This document shows, piece after piece, positions 11,614 to 24,293 of a DNA stretch of 64,000 bases. The notes beneath the pieces were generated by a model. That model was not told the origin of the DNA. It did not search any database and was given only the letters and a program-made list of their open reading frames with translations. Position 1 is the first letter of the stretch. Each line of letters begins with the position of its first letter. This DNA is from Aplysia californica. Its lineage: Eukaryota. The stretch is taken from the NCBI RefSeq assembly GCF_000002075.1, contig NW_004797306.1, forward strand, positions 355,459 through 419,458. The letters are read 5' to 3'. The position numbers and the translations under genes were made by a program.

Positions 11614-13231
11614 TTTTTACTGTTGCTAGTACTACTGCTACTGCATTATATTTTCTTTCTTGTAGTTTGTCTGTCTTTCTCTTTCAGTCATTGAATGACT
11701 GTCCATCTGTTGATGTGCTTCTCTTTATTCAAACTCAACATTTTTTTTTTGATCTGTAGTTTTCATGGGGTTTGACTTCCATGAAAATGGAATGCTAAAA
11801 TAAAATAAAAATCTCCAAGGGTCTTAGGTGTCTGGGATTCCTCTGACTGGCATTCAAAGCTGTGAGCATAAATGGTGGGGCTGCTAAACGGACAGGTGAA
11901 CAGATCGTTGGGTCTGATGAGGTCAGCTAAAGGGAAACAATTAATGATTTCTCCTGCCTTAATTATTTTCTGTTCTTGTTTATGAAATATCCGGAAGCTG
12001 TTGCTATGGCAACTGCAGTTTGTTGATTAATGTTCTGTTCCTCGTGTCTAGACTTACTGTCTCTGTCTGTTCTGAACAACTGTAAGTTCAGAGAAAGAAA
12101 TAATTTTATTATTTTGAAGCTCAGTAATTTTTTTTTTCTACGTTAGGGAAGTTGATAACCAGATGTTGAAAAAAGTCAAGTGATGAAGATAAAAAGTTTC
12201 AACATAAAGTTTGATAGCTTTTTCTTACTCTATTTGAGGACACATAATAAGGCAGCTCATTGAGGTAGTAGTGAATCATATTTCAAACTTCTTTATTCAT
12301 AGAGAATATCATCCTATCACAGAGATGAATGTGTATGTATTGTGGCAGAATACATTAATTAACATTTTGCCATGTCATACGCTACAGTTTTGTATTTTGG
12401 AATAAATGTGGCTAGTTATATTTTTAAAAATATCAGTGCTCTGTCGAAGTTCATTCTGAGCTGATGAGTTACAGCCGCCATTCTTTGTTTGGTAAGAAAA
12501 GAGTGCAAGTCTTTGGTGGAAATTATTGACAATTTTATTTCCACTTGCTGCAGATGAGTTTGGTAAAGTTTTGTTTGTCATTTCCAGTGTTTTGTTTTAT
12601 ACTGTTCAATGCTTGACGTGTTGGTTGATGCTGGACGTGACCGGTCTAATCACAGGGATGCAGAAACGTCTTCGTGTTGCACCAGCTGTCTGTCTGGAGC
12701 TTTTGACTTTACTGTTGTTTTAACTCTCTTTGTACTACTTTGTCGCCTCTTCTTTCTATTTTATTGAGAACATGTGTTTTCTGCTGGGTAATGCCAGGCT
12801 GCACTGTGACTTGATATCCAGTTTTATTATAGTTTGTGAAGACGATATTATTATGTGATGACTTTGACCTCTTTAGTTTAAGAAGGATGAGGTGCGTGTG
12901 TGTTTTAATACTTTTATTGTAAATTTGATGAAATAATTTTTTCTTGTGCATTTGATTCACATGTGACGTGAATTCACTTTAAGAGTGCTGTGATTTGCTG
13001 ACACATGAATCTATTTTTCAATTATCTAAATTCCCAAATTGTTGTCCTTGGTCAAATGTTGTACCTATTTCATGTGGATTTATTCTCGTTACCTTTTCTA
13101 CTGATTTGCTTATGCGAGGAAGAGATGGGTATCTTATCTTAATTTCTTTAGTGCTAGCTCTTTGTGTGATATCAGTCATTAAACTTGTTCATTTGTTATT
13201 ACCTTTGGGCTAGGCTGTAGCTGAGTTGTTG

Positions 13232-13395
13232 GTGGGTGCTCTGGTGGGGTTTGCTCCTTCTTTCCTATCGAACATCTATCATCCTGATCTCCCCTTCTTT
13301 TTTATGATTGTTACTCTATTGTAACACCTAATCTTCTGGCGTTCATATGAGCTTATGCAGTTGCGAGCGCCGTAAAACCTCTACTAAAACTAAAA
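13232..13395 (+). mobile_element. Family A short retroposon with 11 bp TSD
   Basis: CTGAGTTGTTG at 13221-13231 and 13396-13406; tail GGCGTTCATATGAGCTTATGCAGTTGCGAGCGCCGTAAAACCTCTACTAAAACTAAAA. Confidence 0.9.
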
Positions 13396-14785
13396 CTGAG
13401 TTGTTGTAAATGCTTGACTTTGTAGCAGATAGCCCAGGTTGAATTTGTAAATTGGGTTTTCTTGGGTTTGGTTGTTTAGTTTTTTTAAAGCTATTCTGTA
13501 TTTCTTAAGCTCACTATATTTTTTTTTGGGGGGGGGGTTGGCCCATACCATACAGGACTAAACTTTAGTGTCAATATTGAAAGAGTTGATTCCCTATTGC
13601 TGTCACAGTCTATTTACTTTACTAGAATGCAGGGGTTTGGGACTGGGTGTCAAGATCAGTTGTCTTTCCTAGAATATTTGGTTTCAAGTGTGAGCCATAT
13701 ATATTTAGATCAAGTGCTTTGTCTGCAAACTGACATATATTCTGTCTAGTGGGGCATTGAGCTTGTTAAAGACAAAGAATAGTACTTTTGATGTTGGTGG
13801 TTTGGGGGAGGGGATGGAAGATACAGTAAGGCTTGTTTTTCAGTCTTGTGTTATTTTGGACTGTTCTTATTATTCCTTTACATTTTCTGACCTATATTGT
13901 GTTGGTGTGCTTCTTTAAAAGTCTGAATTAAGTAAAAGCTCAAAATCATATTTCAAAGATCTTTGCTTTGGACTTAAAAGTTCTGTATGTGGGATCGTTG
14001 TGTTTTCGGTTTCATGTCCAAATTAAATTCCACATCCAAGTTAAATTCCACATGCACATGTAATCAGCACAGGATATCATTACAGAATTCACCTGATTCG
14101 TCTTACCATGAACTGGCTTCGTTATATTCGCATCAGTTGTGTTCACGTTATTGTTAAGATGTCATACTGTAGATCTGTGGGGAAAGTATTGTGCGATAGT
14201 CAAGTGTCCAATAATGTTCACTTCCAGTGCTTCTCTCTGCTACAGTCAGAAAACTTCTGCCACTCCTTGTATGTCGACGTCTTTGTGTTTCTGGTTCGCT
14301 TATGTTGCCTTTATATTTGTGTGTGTCATATCAACCTTAGCACACTTTTTTTTTTTGGGGGGGGGGGTATTTTTTGACTGAAAGAGGGAAGTTTGAGTAG
14401 CTGTTAATAAAAATTGCACCTCAAATCAGGGAGACTAATAGAATCTATTGTGTTTTTGGCTACATGGCAGAAATTTACAATATGAAGTTTCATAAGACAA
14501 CGTAATGATGTCAATTTAAGTATATATTGTCGGTTATAACTGTCCCATTATAATTATTAAGAGCAGTGTTGGAAACTGGAAAGTTGTTGGTGATTGAGTT
14601 TGAAGTAAACATTACTGTCTGTTTTTCTTTTTCAAATCGAAATGGACTCCAAAAACTGTTGTCGTGCTAGCCCTTATTGTGTACACTTGAAAAAACACTT
14701 TAGCAGGAAAGGATATTATCTTTGATTCTCTCGTGGGTTCTGCCTGCTTATGCACATGGTTGACTTTACCTTGGTCTGTTTGCAG

Positions 14786-14886
14786 CGAATATAGGACCTT
14801 CCTCTGGCAAGAAGGGAAGCAGCAGCCTGGGCACAGGGAAACAGACATTGAGGTTACGCTCTTCTGGACCAGCTACTGTGGAAATT
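14786..14886 (+). CDS. GIPC: GIPC coding exon 3 (PDZ-GH2 linker)
   Basis: tttgcag|CG; (S)NIGPSSGKKGSSSLGTGKQTLRLRSSGPATVEI with the conserved GxGxxTLRLRSxGPATVE motif; donor gtgagt at 14887, phase 0. Confidence 0.95.
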
Positions 14887-15414
14887 GTGAGTAGAATTTG
14901 TACTTCGTTCTCATTGATTGTCTTTGGCGCTTTAATTTTTTATCTCTTTGTAGACATATTGAATGGGGAGATTGTGAGTAGTATTTGCACATCTTTCTCA
15001 CTGTCACCGTTTCTTTAATTTTTCTCTTTTGAATAAGGTTAGTGACAAAAGTAGACATAAAAAAAAAATAGGACCCCGTAAAAGATGTATACACGTCCTT
15101 TTTCGACATTGTTTTATTTTGGATTGTTCTGTCAGTATTCCTGAACATTTTCTGATCTTCATTTGTCGATGTGCTTCTTTAAAAAGTTGGACGAAAGTAT
15201 AAGTCATTTTAAAGATCCTTACTTCTGACTTATAAGTTCTACATATTTAGGATTGTTGTGAAATGTTGTAGTGGATGAATCAGATCTCCAACATTTCATG
15301 TTCTTAAGAAAATATTTATAAGTAAATATTTACTATTGTAAACATTGAAATAAAGGCGATGAGTTGTTTACGGGAGTACAATTTGATTCTTGTTTCTGTT
15401 TTCTTTTTCTACAG

Positions 15415-15496
15415 CCGGATGATGTTGTTAATGTTGCTACTGACAAGATCAACAACTTGCTGGAGTCTTTCATGGGCATCAACGACACCGAATTAT
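15415..15496 (+). CDS. GIPC: GIPC coding exon 4 (start of GH2)
   Basis: ctacag|CCG; PDDVVNVATDKINNLLESFMGINDTEL; donor T|gtaaga, phase 1. Confidence 0.95.
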
Positions 15497-15722
15497 GTAA
15501 GATCCTTTGTAGAAAATATTAGATGAGGTAGTTGGGTTTCATTCATTTATTTATTTATTTATTTATATATTTTAATTTTTTGTTTTGTTGTTTGGGGGAG
15601 GTCTGTCTATGCGATTATTTTCTGCTCCAATTCATGGTCTTTTTATTTCTTACTTTTTTTTTTACTGCAGATGATTATCTATTTTGTGAAGTATGTCATT
15701 GTTCATCAGGAAAGATCAACTA

Positions 15723-15865
15723 CTGTTGAAACTGCTCTAATGGCCGCCTGTAAAACAGTCACCTTTACAGAAGCCACCTCCCACTTCTTCCCTTTTTTTT
15801 ACATGATAGTGACACAGTGTCTTTTCTCCTCGACAATGGGTGGCCGTCTTACACAATTTCGACTG
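15723..15865. mobile_element. Small TA-flanked Tc1/pogo-type MITE; sister copy at 35709-35874
   Basis: TA|CTGTTGAAACT...GGTGGCCGTCTTACACAATTTCGACTG|TA; the same architecture recurs in a SPO11 intron. Confidence 0.7.
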
Positions 15866-16125
15866 TACTGTTGATCATGTTGTACTTCAGAACAATTTTA
15901 TAAAAGCGAATCATCTGAATGATGGGCACCCTATTAGAATGAACTTTCTCATAATACCGCGCCTTTAGTGAAGCTTCGTAACTAATGTTACACCTCCCTT
16001 CTTCTGGTTGTAGAACATTTGGGTGTTTTTGAAGATTGAAAAAGTTTTATGATGCATTTTTCTCTAAGGAAACCTATTTCATTGATGTTGTTAATTTGTT
16101 TTGTTTTTGTTTTCTTCTCAAACAG

Positions 16126-16310
16126 CCCAAACTATCTGGGAAATTGGTAGCAAAGTGGACAACCCTTCAGATTTTGCTATTAAAGTGGACGAATCGGATC
16201 TCCAAGTATTTGGCTTCACCGACGACTTTGTGTTTGATCTATGGGGGGCGATTTCAGATGCCAAGAGTGGTCGGTTGAACAAGGCGGCAGAGTTTAACGA
16301 GCAGTTTTAA
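16126..16310 (+). CDS. GIPC: GIPC coding exon 5 (GH2, myosin VI-binding region, stop)
   Basis: aaacag|CC; (S)QTIWEIG...FGFTDDFVFDLWGAISDAKSGRLNKAAEFNEQF*; summed CDS 1044 nt = 347 aa + stop. Confidence 0.96.
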
Positions 16311-19300
16311 TGTCAAGCCATCAGATGTTTCGGTCATCGTCATCACCATCCTCTTCATTATGTATCATTATGCATCATCACAGCCTTCATCATTGTGTTA
16401 AATCTGATCAAAACTTCATTATTTCACTGTACTGGTCTACTGGTCATCACCATTATTTCTGTTTTAAAAAGTTTCTTGTTATATTTTTTCCCTATTGTAA
16501 GATTAGAAAAACTAAATTGTGATCTTTTGTATACTGTTCTCTTTTGCCTTCATTCCAGCCACAGTCAGGAGTCTGAATTTTTTTAACACAAATTATTTTT
16601 ATTATCAGTGTACATGCTATGCTATTGTTTTTGGAGAGAGTGTCATTTCGTACTCTTGTTATCCTCCTGTCAAACTGGTTAATGTTTTGTTCATCAACAT
16701 TGTAGCCTTTATCGACACTTCTATGCATTGAATGCTCAACTCATCTCTAAGTAAATGCCTCCGTAATGTGGCCAGATTTTTCTGCTGTATACATGTGAGA
16801 AAATACATTTTGATGTTTGTTTTATATGTCAGGCTTGGGAGGAACTGCTTTGGAAAAGTAAAGTGTTGCATAATGAGTGTTGTGTTCTGCTTTGGAAGAG
16901 AGGGGGAAAAAAAGAAGAAAAATAAGCAGACCTGTTGGTTTACATATTTTAGGAAGTTCTTTGACCTGGAAATTGATTTTTCAGAAAGCATTGGATGACA
17001 GAGCTGTTGTGGCATAGTTTGTTATGTCATTTATTTTACAAAGTTTCCTTTTCTTTTGTTTTGGTGTTGTTGACAATCAAGTTTGTCTGCCCCCCCAAAA
17101 AAAAAAGTTCCTTTTTGGGCTGTACTGGAGGTGACTTTTTTGTGCTCTTAATGAATCATAACTCGTAAATTGAAGATCATCAAAAAAAAAAAGAATTTAA
17201 AAAAATCTTGTCATCATATTGTAAATGAACACTGTCAAAACAGATCCCTTGCAGTTTTATCCCTGTTTGACTGAAGTACCCCAAGCATTACCATCATTTT
17301 CTCTTGTTGATTTTGGCACTCTTTTGGTGGGAAAACTGTCGCTTGCCGTTGTAATCTGTTCATTTGCCTTTCAATTTTTCCATACAGTAGTATAATTATT
17401 CCTTTGGTTATATCATTTACCTTTGACGGATTGTTGAAAGTTGTTAAAGATTTTGGAAGACATTCCAGGTTTTGTGATACACGTTCATTGTTTACTATGA
17501 GATCTTGGTACTTTTTGTGTGAACAAGACCAGAAGATTTTTTTCGATGTATACAATTCGAAAACTAAAGATTTTTTACTTGATATATTTGTTAGAGAAAT
17601 TCCAGAGTTGTGCTTCAATTCTGTGCTAAAAATAGTTATAAACACCCGAGTACTTTAGTATAGGGTAACTTTGTCATTGCTTTAAATGGAAATGAAAACC
17701 GTTTTGTGTTGTGTTTTATTGTTTTGTCTTTGGTTTCCTCTCGACACTTTAGTTCAGGGACAAGTGTGTCTCAATTAAAGATGCGACCTTTCGAGAAACT
17801 CAAGATTCCAGAAGTGTACAGTGGGGTACCTTCATGGTGTCTTGTGTGACATATCCATGTCCATCTTTTTATTTACAGCATCGTCGCTGTCTCTTGTTTG
17901 TTTATTATCCTGTTAGTTGCGGAAATGTTACTAGATCTCGATGGCACACCTACTCAAACATTTTTTTATTTCTTGCCAGGTTCACTTGTTTTTTAAAATT
18001 TGCGGCGTACAATTTATTCCCTCCCTCCTTTTTTTTCACAATAAACCTTTTAACACCCCCACCCCTCGGCCACATCTTCTTCTCCTTATTGGTCACATTT
18101 CGTAAGAGGATGGTCACTTGAGATGTGCTTTGTATATCCTGCTGGTTGGGAAAAAGCTTTTGTTCATATGTAGACAAACGTGTGAAATGGAAAACATGTC
18201 GCTGATGTATCCTACAACATATCTGCCGCCACTGTTACCATCATCGACACCCCCCCCTCCCCCCTCCCCCCTTCTGTTCTCCCCATTTGCTTGCCTTAGG
18301 ACTCTCACTCAACCTTCAGTGACACTCGTGTGGGCCGTCCTGCCTGGTTACTGCGAGCTGTAACTAGAGTGTTTTGACAAACTAGAGTTCTCCATGTCAC
18401 TTATTCTGAATGCTTTGTGTTTGACTGATGCGCAGGTTATTTCATTTTCTGACTGAGAACCCTGTGGTTGTGGTATTGTGGGTGCTCTGCTTGAGCAGCC
18501 TGCTCCATCATTGTTTTGACCTCATATTGTGTCCCGTCTTCAACAGAATATGATGCCGTCATATATACTACCCTGTTGTTTTTGTTCAGTGTTGGTAAAC
18601 TTTAAAGAGTGCTGAGAATTCCAATGCTTCTCAGGAACCAGCCCTTTTGCTTTAGTTGCAAAGTAAAGAAAAACATGAAAAGCATCCACTGTAAGCATTA
18701 GTATACAGCTTTTTTATTCTTACAGGTTCAATATATTAATATTAGTCTCTATTTTTTCTCCTCATCAAGAGTTAAAATTATGTCTTCTTTGTCAGGAATT
18801 TCTTTTGTCTTGTCTCTGTAAAAGGGAATTCTTTATTTGTGTTTAAGAAGTAAAATGACAGGTTTTTCATGCCGTGTTTAAATATGTTTAAAAGACAAGG
18901 CTGGTTGAAAGAAATTCCAGTGAAAGATTGTTCATTGCTGAGGATATATTCTCAGCTTTCTGTGAATAGATAACATGAGTTTATTTTTTCATTCTGTGTT
19001 GTTGACACATGGTGGTCAAATGTTGTTATCTCCTGTCTTAGTTTCGACACATTCCATGGCGACTTGCCAGATTTCAGAGAGATTGTACTTAATCAAGTAT
19101 GTCATTCAATGGTTGTCAGAGTTGTGTTGTGTTCATATTATATTTTATTTTATGTGGGAAGTTGTTAAAATCGTTCAATGTGATTTATTTATTTATTACT
19201 TTGTACTTGTTTTTACACTAAAAAGAACCATGGCACCAGTTGAGACTGATATGGTTTGAGTTTACCCAGAATTCTGAAATGGTTACCGGTATCTTTTACA

Positions 19301-20640
19301 TTCTGTGAGCTTACCTGTGGTTGTGAGCAAGTGATTGTTGTGTATGTGTTGCAAGGTTTTTTGTCCAGTTCCGGAGAAATGTCAAGCTCAGTGATCTCAA
19401 CAGGCTTTCAGTTGAGGACTAAAACTTCTACAGTTTTTTGTGCTGTGTTAGTGAAGCATTCATACCATCCAGTCTTCAGACAGAGCATGAAAAAGGGAAA
19501 AACCCAAAGCAGTAGTTCATTTTCATCTGGAGTTGTGTATATCAGGACTCCCCTTTTGCCTCCTTGCAGGCATCAATGGGTGCGTTGAACATCTGCAATC
19601 AGTCGCCTCAGTGTTTTCAACAATCCTAGGTGGCCATAGTATGTTCAGTGACCCCTCTTCCTCCGTCCATGCAAAAGGGGCTGAGCCTGCTAGATTCCTT
19701 TGAAAAATTTACTCATCATAAATTTAAATAGAAAATGTTACTGAAGCTTTTTTGGTATACCAAGTATGGTATGAATTGGACCAGATCAACTCTCCTCAAA
19801 CCGTCAGAGTGACTGTTTTAAGGCATTCTGTAGCTAGGTCATTTTGGTATATTAAAAAATAATGTCGTTTGATGTTAGGCTTTTGTGTCCTATTACATGG
19901 AGTTGGCTTAGATTGAGTTCTTCATGTAGATTTATGAGAGTTCTCCCTTTGGCCGGAAAGCATTCATTCTACCGATATCTATGATGTTGCGGTTAGGCTC
20001 TCCTCTATGGCACACTGAAGATGTGAGTTTGATTTCCCCTCTAAGGAGGTTTCTTTCTCGAGTATCCCTGTCTGTCTGCTGGGTTTTTGTATCCCTCTTG
20101 GCCCTGTTTGGTCCTTACAGTACAGTGTTGAAGCAGCTCGCCTCCTGAATAATCTAAATAGTTTTTATGGGGCGTAAAACACTTACAAGCACATTTTTTT
20201 ACATTGATTCTGTGATGATTTTCTCTGGGGTGCCTGTGTTCGGAATGACCTTCTATCAGTGTCTAGCAGGGTGTTTACTGGTACAAAGAACCCCAATAAG
20301 TTGTGATATGTGGTGTGTTGATGTCTGAGCGTTGTGTCTATTTGAAGGTTTTCTCACATTCCATATTGCTACTAAAACATGGAAAGGAAATATTTTTACC
20401 AAACGTTTTCATAAAATGTAGTTTTATGGTTGTGAATAGTTCAGTAATGTATTTAGATTTTACAGAACAGTGTTTATTTTCTTGTTCCTCTTCTAAACAT
20501 GCGTATATCTGTGTATAGCTGTATTGACGAACATTCCAAGTCAACCTGTACAAGTTTTTCCATTTTTCCAATGCACTTACTATGATGACGATTTGTTGTT
20601 GTTGTTGGTGTGCAGGTTGTGCCCACTTGTGAGGCAAGCA

Positions 20641-20775
20641 AACACACACACACCTACACACACATGCTTACAGTTACACACACACCTACACACACATGCT
20701 TACAGTTACACACACACCTACACACACATGCTTACAGTTACACACACACCTACACACACATGCTTACAGTTACAC
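20641..20775. repeat. 34 bp minisatellite (~4 copies) built on (CA)n, followed by a C-rich tract
   Basis: Unit CACACCTACACACACATGCTTACAGTTACACACA repeated. Confidence 0.9.
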
Positions 20776-22829
20776 CCCCCCCTCCACCCCACCCCCACAC
20801 CCCCCCCTCCACCCCACCCCCACACCCCCCCCGCCCAGGCCTTGAAGTGAAGGTTGCTGTACAAGTGTGTAGATTGTACTATCATTTTTCTTCTATTAAA
20901 GTAAGAAATAAAAAGAATGCACTTGATTTTTAAAGTATCTATGGAGAGAGATGTGTTCTGTGGAGACTTGTGTCTTGGCCAGAGCTGTAGGTGTCCTGAC
21001 TCCTGTGAGTATGGGTGATATCCTATCTTACTTACCTGTTTGCTTTTGATGCGTGTGCCATGTTAACCAAAGTTTATATTTACTTTCACCCCATGTAGTC
21101 TTTACTAGAACCAAATTGTTTATGTTTTGTCTTTATTTTGCTATTAAATTTAACAGTTTGTTGAAACCGTCTTTGTGTGGGCCATTGACTATCAAAGATT
21201 TATTTTAATGTTCCCCATCTCGCAAAGTAGTTAGATACTGTTGAAGTATAGAAAGTTCTCTGACTTAAGTGTTTTTGTATGGACAGGAATAAAATGTTCC
21301 TGTCTTAGTTTGCCTGATGATTTCTGAACTGATGCGAAGAGGGATAATGTTGGTTTATTAGTATTATGACGTACTGGCCAGTCAAGAGTGTTGTTGTGCC
21401 CAAGGGTGACCCTTTCATCAGAATGGGTATAAGACTAAAGAATATATTTTGAATATCAATGAGAGGTGTCAGAGCGTGGTTTTGTCCCCTTTTTTGGTGG
21501 GTGGTCAAGCGAGCATGTTACACAGTTTTGCATTGTTTATTTTAGGAAGATGATATCCCTGAAAATTTACTTTTATAGGTTGTCACTGGGATTAAAATTG
21601 TCGTGGTTGGGTCTGATCTGATCTGATCTTTGCACACAGGTGATATGGGTTCGATCCCCTCAAGGGGTGTCTTATTTAGTATTTGTTTCATCCTCCTGGG
21701 ATGTGTCCCTCACAACCTGATTTGGCTGTCTGAGTCAGAGTCCAAGCAGCTAGCCTGTGGAATTATCTAAAGTGTGTTGATAACGATGTATAAGAATACT
21801 ATGGAGATTTTTAAATGCATCCCACTCCTCCTTCTCCCTTTTCATGAGAAATGATGATTTAGAACAGAAAGCTTGGTTAATATAAATCTATTTATTTACA
21901 TTTATTTTTATCTTCACCTTTTTTCCCGACTATGCTGATGTGTACACTGAAGACTAAAGCCTGTGATAAGTGTGTGCAGATATGTGTTCATTGGGCTATG
22001 TCAAGTGCTTTTGACCATCACGAGTTGTGTACATAGTGATCATTTGACCCAGGATCATTGCTTTCTATTGTATTGTTAGTATTGTTAATGTGTTCTGTAA
22101 TGATTTTGTCTTGTAAAAGACCTTCCTCATGATCAAACAGATCATTCGAGTGTTCCCTTTCTTTCATGGAGTGATGAACTAATGCTTTTCTAACACTCAG
22201 CCCAAGTCTTATTATTAGGTCATCATTATGAAATGCAAGTACCGCTTTATCTTCAGGTAGTCTTTTGAGACAGTTACACAAAATAGACACTTAAAAAGAA
22301 AAATTAAAATTAAAAGTGTATACCTTAAAATTGAAGATTTTTGTATTTTCATTGGGTTGTGAAAAGGCTTTCTCATGAGTTTAAATGCCCTGATCAGTCT
22401 TCTTTTTCCTGGATGAGCACTCCAAAAAGATGTAGCATTGTTTATTGGAACCCCCAATACTGTTTTTTGAAAGTCCTGAGGGATCTCTTGTAGCCTGTGA
22501 GTGAGAGTATGTTGAACTCTTTAGCAGTGTATCGCTGGATCAGTTCTTGATAAAATTCTTTTATCTTTTAGGAAATCGATGTACATACATTTGGAAAACT
22601 GTTATTATTTTAACAAACACGTCTCAGCGCATGCCCCTGTGTGTCTCCTGCTGGGGAAGTTTGCAGAGGGATCAGTCAGTTAAAAATTGTTTTTTGGAAG
22701 TGTACCAAAAACTCTAGTACCTTGAATTTGCTTGGTATTCCCTAGATCAGGAAGGGGTCAAAACTGTGTAGTGGACTTGGAAAGTGCAGAGGTCCCTTTA
22801 CTTGTCAGTAGAGAGTCTGTTTTCTGTGC

Positions 22830-22875
22830 TTTGTTTGTTTGTTTGTTTGTTTGTTTGTTTGTTTGTTTGTTTGTT
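22830..22875. repeat. (TTTG)n microsatellite
   Basis: About 11 TTTG units. Confidence 0.95.
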
Positions 22876-24293
22876 TTTTTTTTTCCATTGAAGACAGAAG
22901 GTGTTTGAAGTAAGGGCTTTATTACAATGGCTAAACCCACCAAAAAGAAAAAGCTGAAAAAGAAAAAAAAGGTTGGAACACACACGACTAGTTTGACTTA
23001 CCTGTACTTGCAAATTTTTTTTTGTTGCTCATGTAAAACTAAAACCACAACTGCTAAACTAGTGTGACCTTTGTGTTGCTACGTTTGCTCGTTGTTTGAT
23101 CATTTCTACTGTTCAAGAATTTCAGAAAGTGGGTTTTTGCCATGAAGCCTAACATCGCTTCTTTTGTGTATGTATTGTTCTCATTTAAAACAAAACTGCA
23201 ACCTTCATTAGAGAGAGAGGAATGTGTGACTTGCCACCATCTGCCTTACAAAGTGACAATGTGCATGTAAGGTTTTTTCGGGGTTACATCTTTTTCATGT
23301 TTTTGTCGGCAACAATGATGAATAGAATCACAATTGTATTGAAAAATAACTTTTAATTCAGTGAAATTTGGTTATGTAGAAAGATTGCCTTCAGGGGTGT
23401 AGTATGTAGTAGGGGATGACAAAAATTCTGAGTAGCCTTGACGTTGACATTATAAATTTTTACAAAATAGTCAATTGCTTATAGTTATAGTAATTGTGTA
23501 CAAATATATACAGATAAGGCGTCATATTGATAAAAGCCCTTTTGTTTTTGAGATCAGAGGCTACATTATTTGCCCTTTGGTCCCAATTTTTTAAATCATT
23601 GGAGGTTAATTATTTCTCTGATCAGCTTTTTTAATAGCTTCGTATGTATCACTTCAGTATCTTTCATATTTGGCTGTGCATTTCTTGTAGCGTGTTGCTG
23701 TTTTGATGGCACATAAATACTTAGGAATGAAATCTTTACAGCATTAAAAAAACCATGCGAAAGTCTTGTGAAAATTGTACAACATGTGTGTGTGTGAAGC
23801 TGTGTGCATTATAACTGCAGGTTAAGTTTGGAAGAATGTCAGGGTATTGCTTTGCTGATGTGTTGTACACTGGTTGAGCTGCGCTTACTATGTAACATCA
23901 GCACAGGTGTGTCGCCCTGCGATGCTGTATGGGAAAGCTTTCAATGTTTTTGATCAGTGGGTGGGTTTTCTATCTTTTTCTTGTTTGTGAAATGTAATGG
24001 AGTAACAATAATGTAATAAAACATGTTCACCAAGAACTTTCCTGTCAGTCTTGATGTTCACTGAAGAGACCTGTGCTTTTTACAACAGCAAATTGTATTC
24101 TATAATGTCCTTGATATTTATAATTAGAGTACTTCTTCTTTATGATTGAAAGTGTACTTGTTACAGTAAATAAAACATGCAAACTTAACCATGGAATGTT
24201 ACTTTTGGTCCGTATGTGAATGAATTGTGTGGCTGTTCAGTTACCCGTGTTCTTGTCATGCTGGCCTGTGGTGTAGAGGATCTTAATGGGATA

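Larger units (their letters stand above)
16311..24190 (+). other. Putative long 3' UTR of GIPC
   Basis: Continuous U/GU-rich strand bias after the stop, no further exons recognised, paired AATAAA at 24015-24020 and 24169-24174 before repeat-dense DNA resumes; earlier AATAAA sites also occur. Confidence 0.5.

Noticed and set aside
16308-16522. TAATG stop-start overlap opening a 70 aa ORF after GIPC
   Set aside because: Low-complexity CAT-rich UTR sequence with no homology or reinitiation signal seen.
20641-20775. Regularly spaced repeats that could suggest a CRISPR-like array or His/Thr-rich ORFs
   Set aside because: Identical tandem units with no unique spacers; a CA-derived minisatellite in a eukaryote.
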